A stretch of 61,617 nucleotides of DNA, filler included, from Choristocarpus tenellus KU-1152 (lineage: Eukaryota; Protista; Phaeophyceae): assembly GCA_964200185.2 (NCBI GenBank). It is 11 parts of 11 records of this genome, joined end to end, with 100 filler letters (N's around TTAATTAATTAA, not from the genome) between each part and the next. Parts side by side here need not be neighbours in the genome. Positions count along the whole stretch, not along the records: positions 51,397 to 61,617 come from CAXNAD020003063.1; 10 more parts are not named here. The stretch is one strand, 5' to 3'. Every line of letters begins with the position of its first letter. The stretch's first letter is position 1. The translations under genes were made by a program, and so were the position numbers. The notes under the pieces were generated by a model. That model saw nothing but the letters and a program-made list of their open reading frames with translations. It made no database searches and was not told where the DNA came from. Of the stretch, positions 51,451 through 61,617 are shown in pieces.

Positions 51451-54400
51451 CTGCTCAAACCGGCCTGGTCGGATGCGCCTCAGATCGTATCTCCTCCTGT
51501 GCAGACCCTGCGCTTCATGCACGTGGGAAGCCACCTTTGGACAGGGGAGGGGGGAGGCATTGCACGAGGTCAGGTAGGGATAGAGGGAGCTTGCGCGCCA
51601 CCGGGGGAGTGCGACGAGAAAAACGATCTATTGGATTTTACACAAAGGGTCTACAAAGGGACAGTGAGGGATATTGTGAGAGCTACGATGAATTGCCATA
51701 AAAAGGCTCAACTGTCATTTTGATGGAACACGTTTAAAGCACGAATACTCAACTCTACTGTACCTTCGAAACAGCTCCATGTGTTTGACGTTGCAATCAC
51801 TCTCCTCCCAAAACCGAGCACCACGTAACCTTTTTTTTTCTTTCTCACTTGCACAGAGTTAACTTTGAGTCACTAACAACAACATACACCTTATGTGTCC
51901 CCAAGGAACGAGTTAGGCACGCACTTGCCACCCCTGAACTTACCCTGAACCCCTTGTACACCCGACTCGACACCCACTACCACCGCCCTCTGAGCCATAC
52001 GAACAGCCAACGCCGTAGCAGGTGCATCAAAAACTAAGACACGACGAAGTACACGCAGACCCCGAGAGCACCTTTAGCGACAAAAAATAAGATACAAGTA
52101 CAAAAAAAATATACAATATAATGACACACGCCCACCTGAGCTTCCCCAACAAGCTCCAGAGAAGGAGCTTGAAGGGGCAGCGGCCGGCCTGATTTGTCGA
52201 ACCTGGCTGATACGACGACTTCCCCGCCACTGTCAGCCTCGTCGCTGACTGCAGCCCCAGCCCCTGCCCCAGGGGAAACTGTAGCAACAAGGCAAAGGGG
52301 AAGGTATGGCGAATGTTTCCTGGCCGCCACGGCATGTAGCTTGAGGCCCCACTCCTTGCTTGGATAAGGCGATGGGCTGGCCGTGCTGACGGTGATAGGG
52401 ATACACCCCGATAGGCGGCTGAGAAGTAGGGACCCTATGAAATCTTGCCACAGCGTGACACAAATGTACCTGGATCGGAGGACACAGCTGTGAGCATAAA
52501 TGTTATGCCTTGTCTTGAACACAACAGCAGAGTCCAAAATTCCTTTGCACTTCAAGTGCACGGCCTTTGTCGTAGTATACTACATGTCCCTGACGAAATA
52601 AAAAATAAAAGGAGGAGTATTGATAGTGAACGCTCACAAAATTTTGCCATCATCCTCAAGTTGAGTCCCAACTTTTTCTAACCAATAACCACTGCATCTT
52701 GGGGTTGATAAGAGAGAAATGGCAGTCACCCCCTCCCCCCCTGCTCCCAAGTCGAGTCCCAACTTATCCAACCAATAACCACTGCGGCTTGGGGTTGATA
52801 GAGAGAAATGGAAGTCCCCCCCCTCCCCCTCTGCCCCCCAACATGACCGCCGTCCCTTTCCCTTCCCCAAACTCCTCTGCTCCACTACAAGCCTCCCCTT
52901 GGGGTAGTGCTGCCAAGAAACGAACACGTCAAGTAAAATACCATGAAATAATAAAAAAATCACTACACAACCAACAAGCAAAGCTCAACAGAAATCACAC
53001 CATCAAACGTCAGAGTCACACAAGACGCCCGAATACATCCCATCCCATCCCCACCACTTCATGAACAGAGACTGGAAATTTTCCTCTCCACCTTTCTGTC
53101 CTCAGTATCAAGGCCCCAATAACACAGGCTGCCCTCCGCCTTACCTCCCTCCCGGTTGTAGTACCCTTGACACTTCCGCCAACATCTTTACACCGGCCTC
53201 TCTGACCTTGGGTGTGTCCTCAGACATCAATGCATCAAGGGTACCTTTGTCCATTACCACGTCAAACGAGTCATCTTTATAGCTTAGAGCAGGGGGGAGG
53301 GGAGGGGAGGGGAGGGGAAGGGAAAAGCATGGGAGAAAACAGTGGTAGCAGTAGAGACGTAGGGGCATGGGAGCAAGGGGTAAGGCAGGGGAATGAGGAT
53401 GATGGAGGAGGAATATACTTGTAACTGTAGAGGGTTGATAGTGATGATAGACAAAAACCTCCGATGTGTACGGAGTTTGAACTTGTTGAAGATAATGCCT
53501 ACAACAGGGGGGCAGAGTAGGGACAGCAACAGCAGGAAGATATTTTGGCAGACACTACATAAAGTGACCAGAGCAGGAAGAACTCTACTGACCCTCTGCC
53601 AACCAAATCCTGCCTTTAGTACAGTGTAGTACCATTTTGGAGTGCGCTCAGCATAGGGCATCATTGCCATTACCTCACTGGCTCTTGTTTGCGTGCCATC
53701 GGGTTGTAACTGTTCAGTCTTTGGCGGGTTAAATACCCATGCAGAAGGTCCATCCCCACGCACCTGACTGGTTGTGCCCTGCGGTGACGAAGCTCCCAGA
53801 GAGCCAGTGTAACTGGTCTACTCCATTCTATCTCCAAGAAGATTAGTATTGAAGGTATGAAATTTCTAATGATATTGTGTAGTAGATAGACAGGGGTAGC
53901 AAAGCTGAGCAGAGCTATGAGCTTTGGAAGGCATCGACGTGTGCAGGTTTGTAATCCTAGAGTGAAAGATAGAAATATATATATATACGTATCTATATGC
54001 ACCAAAGCTGTAAGGGGCAATCTCTAGGGTCAGGAGAAGAGTGTTTCCAAGTTTCTAGGAGTAGCCCATTTCACCAGATCATGTTGTTAAGTCTGGACCA
54101 TATCGACGTGCATCATAGTCACTGATATATATGCCCCAGTACGGCATTGGTCTATGCGTGTTTTCTATATGGGTGCACACACCCCCAAGAATTTCTACGA
54201 AGCAAAGTTGTTAGATGGTTGACAAACAAATTGATCTAACAAGAAGACCAGCAAATGCATCCCTGTTTTCAGCCTATTTCTCTACCTGCTCAGGACCCCT
54301 TTGGGGGGAAAAAAAATGGACGTTGGCACAAATGAGAGTCACCTGTGCATATCGGTCACATCCATAACACGCCAAGTCATGCGGGGTCGTGCACGTACAT

Positions 54401-55579
54401 GAAGGCGGCACATCTCTGCCACCACTGGCTGGCTGAAGTCGACGTTCTCCACCTGGTAACCCATTAGAGAGTGCAGAACCGTTTGGTCACACTTGTCCTA
54501 CTTTGAATGAAGGTACAAAAGTAATGGTCAGGACAGAACATTTCCCTCTGGAGGGAAGCTCCTCCTAACCTTCACGCCTTGCATCCTTAAACGTAGAAGT
54601 CACACTTACATCCTCATAGCCGTCATCATACAGTTCTGCGCTGAAGTTGGAATTACCGCATCCAATCACCAGGATGCGGTCAGAAGGCCTGATGGTCAGG
54701 TGCATCAGGTGGCGCAAGTCGGAATACTCTCCGTACCTGAAGAGCAGCAATAGGACCCACACACGCGGGGGGGGGGATGACGGGGCAAGCAACAGCATTT
54801 CAGTATTTATTGGATAACACATTTACATGTCATTTGGCCAGGGCCAATAATAAAACATGATGTTTGCACTAGGGGTACACGCTTTGCCTTTTCCTTGGGT
54901 CGAGCGAGTACCAAGACTACGGTTCAGGTGATATTTTTATTGACAAAAGTAGTTCAAGCAGCGACTAGTCAAGTCCACTTGGTACAATCACTGCGAAAGC
55001 ACTATACGTCTCGACTTTCCTTCTTCGAAAGTCTCTTGATGTCTTCAACGAGATGAAGTCCTAAGCAGGTGATTCGTTAATAAATGAAAAACAAAACTGG
55101 AAATTCGTGTTGTCAATGATAGTCAAAAGAGAGTCACATGGGTGCAACATATGAAGTGGTGCAGGTGGCTCTCGAGAGCTGTTTCCTTAGTTACCCATTC
55201 GCAGCTACACTTGCCAGATCCACATAATAGAGCAATTTGAGGTGGCATCGCAAAAAGAGAGATGCCATGGTAGAACCCATCGAACAGCCAGCGTGTACTT
55301 GTTTGCATTCACCACAGTCATCTCGCATGTTATGAACCAAGCACACGATCCTATTGGCTGTGCACTAGCATACTCTTCAGTGATCGTTTGTTTCTATGTT
55401 TTAAAATACTCATGCAATACCAGGAGACAAGGTTCTTGTCTCCCACGAAGATCGATATGGCCAACAAGCCTCACCACTCACCACTCGAAGGCCTCAGTAC
55501 GCTGCTCGAAGAAGGTGTTCCAGTACTCTTTCGATCGGAATTCCTCGTGGTGGCGTGGAAGGAGTTGACTTTTGCTCAT
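51451..55579 (-). CDS. METTL13: eEF1A lysine/N-terminal methyltransferase METTL13 homolog, 5' part (exons 55579-55482, 54736-54610, 54452-54343, 53282-53145, 52469-52136, 51534-51451)
   Basis: [82 protein letters not shown]; canonical in-phase splice sites. Confidence 0.9.
52658..52840. repeat. ~90-bp tandem duplication in a METTL13 intron
   Basis: gagtcccaact...ccaataaccactgc...cttggggttgata...gagaaatgg occurs twice. Confidence 0.8.
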
Positions 55580-55838
55580 AGTGACACAGGAATTGCAATA
55601 CCTGGAGCAACAGTTTGTCCACACACCAATACAGCAGTCACGAAGGAGTCATTATCTTTGGGTGAAGGTTGAAAGGTTGTGTAGGTCCTAGCGTTAGGGA
55701 AAACGGTGTATTTGATATTCGTTGAAGGACTGGGGAAGGCGTTTTTTCATCACAGGAACTTGACGTTTCGTGTTTCCTCCAGATTAAACTCCACGAAGTC
55801 ACTACTCTCTATCCCTTCAACTCTTAGGCAAGGATTGC
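55580..55838. promoter_or_regulatory. Putative bidirectional promoter between METTL13 and kinesin
   Basis: Divergent genes; METTL13 ATG at 55579 and candidate kinesin ATG at 55839. Confidence 0.45.
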
Positions 55839-58800
55839 ATGCCGGAGGGGGTTTCTTTCACAGCAAGTGGGAATAATGTTTTTTGGCAAGCCTTCCGGTC
55901 TAGGCATCAAGGTGAACTTACGTTGGTGGAGGAACGAGAATCAGGATGTGGATCAAGTATTCAAAGGAACCTGCTGAAAAAAAATGACACGAAAGAATCG
56001 TATTTGTAAACTTCTTCGATTCCATCGCATCTTGAAACTCATATTTTGTTACAGCATACCACTACCTCGCGGCAATCGAACATTGTTGTGGCGGTGAGAG
56101 TCCGCCCCCCCGACGGCCACAGCAAAGCTGGAAACAATCATGTGGCTGTTTTCCCTGGGGACGTCAATAGGAATGCAATCGTCGTCGATCGTAATGCCTT
56201 CAGAGGACAGCTGGGGTGTGTATTGCTGTTCTGTCAACAGTTAGTATTAGTGACGTGCATGCATGCGTGTGTGTGTAGAAGTACCTGCAACTCTCACATT
56301 TCACTCAAAGGTATGGACTAGAGTACTCTGTACATGTACTGCATACTATGTAGTGCTGCGAATGATTTGATCCATATGCAAAATAGTATTTTTTTTTGCA
56401 CGTATGCGAAAAAGTGACTCGAAGATATGTGTGGTGATGTACGCACCGATGCATGTTGCGTATCTGGAAACACACAGAATGTTCAATTGAGGATGCGTAG
56501 CCCCCTCTTTTAAAAGTGGGGCCTTTGACAATCCAGAGTGTGTTTTGCAGAAAAGACTCTCCCTCGCAAGTATTTTCCACCGAGATAAACAACAAAGAGC
56601 ACCCTCCATTCAATACTGCTACAACAGCCCCTCAGGTCACACCAAACCAGGATCTCCAACGAGTTGTGGGGGCATTTTCACTTTCGACCATGTCTTCTGG
56701 AGCATGTTTGAGGGGAAAGGAGAAAGGGGCCAGGGTTCTATCGGCAGCAATCCTGCACCCTTTTCTTCCCAGGCCGATGTATTTGAAGGTATGATAAAGT
56801 TAGCTTTGTCATTTTGTGAAGACTTTGTGAATGTGGTTCTTCATATCATCTTGATGTAGGAATTCCCCAAATACCTTGAAAATATTTTGACACCCCTCTC
56901 AGTGTCCATATGTACCACGCTCAATTTGTCAAACAGCCCAGTAGCAATATCTGAATACTTCAAGCCCAAACCCTTCTTCCATCTGGGTGCTGAGAAATAC
57001 CATTCACAGGTATAGGGAAAGAAGTGGTTGATCGTTGTCTCGACGGCTTCAATTCTTGTCTGTTTGCCTATGGACAAACCGGAAGCGGCAAGACCTTCAC
57101 TATGATGGGAGCTGACTGCACAGCCAAGAGCTCATCCTCACAATCTCCCTTGGGTGCAGTGTCAACATCACCATCATCAACGTTTGGCGACAAGAATACT
57201 GCTAACACTGCAAGTGGAAATCTGCTTGATCCGCACCTACACATCAACACCTCCCACAAAAATCTCAAAATCACAACATCTACCTTGGATACAGTAGTTA
57301 CACAATCCAATGTAACCCCTGTGAAGGTTCAGTGCAAAAGCAACATGGAAGGTTGTACTGTGGCAAGTCCGAGTGAGAGCTTTGAGGAACCTTTACCTAC
57401 TCCAATTCTTCCCACTGCCCCTTGGGTCCTTCCACTTCAGAAATCTCCTGGAAACAACACATTCCCAAAGCACACACCCTCATCCCCTCATGGTCTGATC
57501 CCTAGACTGTGCTATTATCTCTTCGAGAGGGTTTCATCTATGGGGAGGGTGGAAACATGCCAGGTCATTGAGCCACCTGAAAGTTGGGGAACAACTACCC
57601 AAGGTTGTATGGCATCTACTAGCAATGCAAGTCGGGAAGGACCTGGAGGGATAATATCTAGATGGAGTATCAGGTACAGGTCATCTTCACAAAGGAAAAA
57701 ATACTTATTAACTTTTCTAGTATTGTTGCCTCCATGCCAGGGAACTCTTCACACAATACGTGTCATGAGTGACTCTCTACTTACGCAAGGAATCACTACT
57801 AAACAGAAGTTGTGTGAACTACTCTGAGAAATAGAGCTAGCCCTTGTGAGTGCAACTTCAGTTTTGTTTTTTATGGGCTCCTGATTCGTTTGGGACAACT
57901 CTGGTTGCAATGATACCAATTGCACCTAACTATCATTGGCAAACTTGTTGACGTAAGGTCTGACAACCAGTAGCAGAAATACATATATGGCACACCTTTG
58001 AGCAACAATGGCAATGATATTCCGATACCTGATAGTTTGCATGCAGTCAGCTTTTTGAAGGTGCCACTGAATTGACCACTATCTGACCTTTACTCAAGTG
58101 TCTCTCTTCCACCCCCTCCCTGTATCCCTTTGCATTTACTTGCATGCGGGCATCGCTCGATCATCCTTCCCCATGTGCCTATCATCGCCAGGGTGTCTTT
58201 TACGGAAATCTACCTTGAGAAGGTTCGGGACCTCCTCGATGTTTCGGATAAACCCAACGCCAACCTGAAGGTGAATTGTTGGTGCGGCACATCTCCTCTG
58301 CCTCGAACTGCCTACAAGGTTTATTGCATTTGACTGGGTGTCTGATTAGCTATGTTTTGTGTTTTCACTTCTTTTTCTTCTTCTTCTTCTCCTCTTCTTG
58401 CAAAAGCAAGCAGTGAGTATAAAGCAGTTCAACTCACGCTGCGGATTCAGGATGATTATGATTCCATATACATGACTATCCCGAGCTTCACAGGTGAGTA
58501 CGTCGACTGTCCCCATATCCCTGACCCACAGTATCTGAGAGGGAGGGGGGGTCTACACCAGTGTGTCCATTTGCACCATAACTAGGAAAAGTGCATTTAC
58601 ATTATACATCCAATGTATGCAACCAAATCACCCAAGAATCGCTACATTGGCCCCAAATGGACAGCCGCCACACCCCCCCAGATACTTTGAGCCCCTCACA
58701 AGCAGAATACAACCGAATCGGTACAACTGGTATGGACAAACCTGAGCAAAACAAACCGCGCTCGTGATTACCTCTGCAACCTTTTCATTTAAAGGGTACA

Positions 58801-60278
58801 ATTCGAAAGCCTTGAAGGCTGGGAGCTTATCGTTGATAGAGAGGAACTAGATCGAATTTCCTTGCACCCACTCAAAGTGGAGCCACTACAGCCATCTCAT
58901 GTACAAGGGCAATGGCTCCCTTCCCGTTTGACCCATACTACACCATAGGTCCGTGAACACCCGGAACTTGGACCTTTTGTGTCTGGAATTACGTGGAAGA
59001 CTGTTGACAACTCCGAACAAATGGAAACAATACTCCTGGAGGGCCAGGAGAGGTGTGACCGTGTCTTCATGAGCATGCTCAATTGACCCCCAAGGCCTTT
59101 TAAGCTAGCTTCATTTTTTCCCCAGGATACATTACATTCTCCCAAAGATGTCTAAGAGGATACACAGTAACTAACTTACCTGCCTGCCCATAGATTTTTT
59201 TCTCAGTCGGTACCAATTTCTCCTTATCGGAAAATCGAAAATAGTGGAAAAAAATGTTCCCTCGGAGATAGTTTTTGGCACTACATCAGTATAGTGGTTT
59301 CTGATTGGGTGTGCAATACACTTCACTCACGAGAGTCACCTCTGCATCCTTTGAAATGGATACTTCACTTCTCCCACTTCTTGTTTTCACAATCTCTACT
59401 CACCCACCTTACCCCTCGTCCTTGTGCATTTATCTGGAAGGCGAATGGTGGCTGGAACGAATATGAACGAGGCTTCGAGCCGCAGCCATGCCATATTTAC
59501 CATTGAAGTAGTTTGTACGCAAGTGGATCCTGAAACTGGAGCAAAGGGTGATACGGTCAGCAAGGTAGTCGCCCCCCTTCTCACACCTGCAAGCTACCAC
59601 TTAAATCTACCATGTCTTGTTTGGAGAGTCACCTGATCTAGAAGCGATCAGGTTGCGTTGAGATGAGTACTCCTCCACAGTAGAAGTGATAACAGCATTT
59701 TTTCTGATACTACTGATTCAAATACCACCACAACTAGTATTGGTAGTAATATTAATAAACGAAGTACTCTGTGTAATATTGGAATATATATTGATACTGT
59801 AGAGTCACTGATTATTAAAAATAGGCTGAAAACCCACCCCCCATATATGTTGCCCCATAGAAATGGAAAAATCAACACTTTTTAAGGGGAGAGACATGAC
59901 ATGAAAAGTATAATATACACATCTAGAACGGTCTGAATGTCACAATGAGTAAATAAAATCGTTCAAACTTTTGTGCCTCCCAAAGTGCCTAGGAAACACA
60001 TATTTTAAAATATATGTTCAGTCCATCTGAGTGACAATTATATCTTGAGCACATATTGTTTTCATCACCTGGTTCTTCGTTTTGATATCCTACTCCTCAC
60101 TGCCCAGGTCAACCTTGTGGACCTAGCAGGTTCTGAGAATTCCAACTCAGCAGGTTCCACAGGGATGCGACTCAAGGAAGGAGCTTCCATTAACAAATCT
60201 TTGCTAACACTGGGGAGAGTTATCAAGGCTCTCGCCGCTGCTGCAGAGAGGAGCGGCTTAGGGAGTCCTTCTGGCGAG
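55839..60278 (+). CDS. Kinesin-3-like N-terminal motor, partial (exons ~56055-56215, ~56636-56788, 57010-57673, 58192-58270, 58949-59051, 59441-59564, 60108-60278; start uncertain)
   Basis: [84 protein letters not shown]. Confidence 0.92.
58523..58693 (+). mobile_element. MITE family B, full copy in a kinesin intron, TSD CCT
   Basis: gacccacagtatctg.../...cagatactttgagcc with cct on both flanks. Confidence 0.85.
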
Positions 60279-60414
60279 GTGAGAACTTTTGTGATTGGAA
60301 TTCACACAAACATATGACTGTGAACCTTGCACGCTAGTATTATGGATGACTGAGTGACCATCAACCATGAAATGGTTGGATTTATATAAATACTAAATAG
60401 TTGCAAGGATAAAT

Positions 60415-60416
<2 letters not shown>

Positions 60417-60485
<69 letters not shown>
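60417..60485. repeat. (CA)n microsatellite
   Basis: Perfect CA run. Confidence 0.97.
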
Positions 60486-60486
<1 letters not shown>

Positions 60487-60872
60487 TTATGGGAAAAATA
60501 TGTACATGTGTATTTCTTCTTATCTGTATGAAGAAGACATTCTCCCTTGGTCCAAGATAAACGAGAGGTATCCAGGTTTTGTCCGATTTGCCCTTCAACC
60601 ACCCCAGTTTTTCAATCTTTTGCAATTTGCCCATATTTATATGGTCGAAGTGCTGAGTTTGACACGGACTGTTGATCCCTCTGCTGTTTAAAACTTTTCT
60701 ACAAAATTCAGGAACGTTCCAACACACGTTTGAAACCTCCCCCCCCAGATTTTGAACACATTTGACAGCTTTCTACAATATGCAACTCTAGGTACCTCTT
60801 GTTTAATTTGACTCCTTGCCACAGTGATTAAAGATTCATCTTTCTACTATTTCTACTATTTCTACTATTTCT

Positions 60873-61131
60873 GAGTATAAGTATCTTAGAGGGTAGAGCC
60901 GTGTTCACTTGGGGGCCAAAATCCAATGTTGAGATTTTGATGTCATTTTGGCTGTTGTGTTTGTTCGGAAGTATCAATATTCTTGTTCCGGACACACCTT
61001 TTCATAGCGTATACATTTTACCTACTCCAAACATTTCGGAGTAGGAAAATGTCATAAAAAAACCCCGAGGGAAGCCAAGCCCCAAATGGACAAACAGGGC
61101 AAAACTCATACCCTCTAAGATACTTTCACTC
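60873..61131 (+). mobile_element. MITE family A, full copy inside a 9-bp (tttctacta)n repeat, TSD TCT
   Basis: gagtataagtatcttagagggta...gatactttcactc; the host repeat phase fixes a 3-bp duplication. Confidence 0.93.
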
Positions 61132-61507
61132 TCTACTATTTCTACTATTTGGTACAACTGCCATCCTCTTCAATTTGTTTCTAATTGTGCCTGCCCTTCG
61201 GGGCCTACTTGCCTGGGGGTAGTTTAATGCCTGGGTCATGCCATTCAACCAGCACCACCCCACGATAAGGCGGCATCAAATGAAACCAAACATGTTGTTG
61301 TGGAGAAGGAGCGTTAGGAGAGTGCACATGTCTGGATGATTATCGTACTTGAATTGGTGGAGTTACATATGAAAGGAAAAGGATGCTCAATCAAATGAGT
61401 ATGCTCAACTTCTACTCTACACCCACAAACTTCCTCTGGCATAATAATAGCTCCTCTTTTTACATTACTACCTCCGCTTTGACATTCATTCAGGTTCATC
61501 TAACTCA

Positions 61508-61545
61508 GGCTCAAAGTATCTGGGGGGGGGGGGGGGGGGGGGCCC
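61508..61545. mobile_element. MITE family B end with poly-G
   Basis: ggctcaaagtatctgggggggg. Confidence 0.7.
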
Positions 61546-61617
61546 CCCCTAGGTTGTCCTTTTGGCCCCGGCCCAGAAAAAGGAGACTAAAATATTCCTT
61601 CCAACCAATAAAAAAAA

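Noticed and set aside
60302-60727. CVCVCV-repeat ORF
   Set aside because: (CA)n microsatellite downstream of the last kinesin exon found

Overview
Eukaryotic, intron-rich nuclear DNA. It is probably from a stramenopile such as a brown alga; this is inferred from gene structure, protein types and TTAGGG motifs, not proven. The window is not one locus: 11 short contigs are joined by ten identical 100-bp spacers (N44-TTAATTAATTAA-N44), so neighbours across spacers are unlinked. I reconstructed partial spliced genes by hand: a TRP-family channel with a frameshift, a cNMP-binding-domain protein, a rhomboid protease, METTL13 head-to-head with a kinesin-3 that has a 127-aa loop-5 insert, a JTB-like protein, an STPG/PGP-repeat-like protein, a Pro/Thr-rich protein and two unknown genes. 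Transposon load is heavy: about 10 copies of a ~260-bp MITE (GAG..CTC ends, 3- or 4-bp TSD), about 8 copies or ends of a related ~170-bp G-rich MITE, a decayed DD39D-type mariner, two pogo-like 5' ends and a Ty3/Gypsy relic. The most unusual signal is an excess of short interstitial TTAGGG tracts. One interrupts a MITE TIR and one coincides with a frameshift in a transposase-like relic, which suggests telomere-repeat insertion as a genome-wide mutational or repair process.
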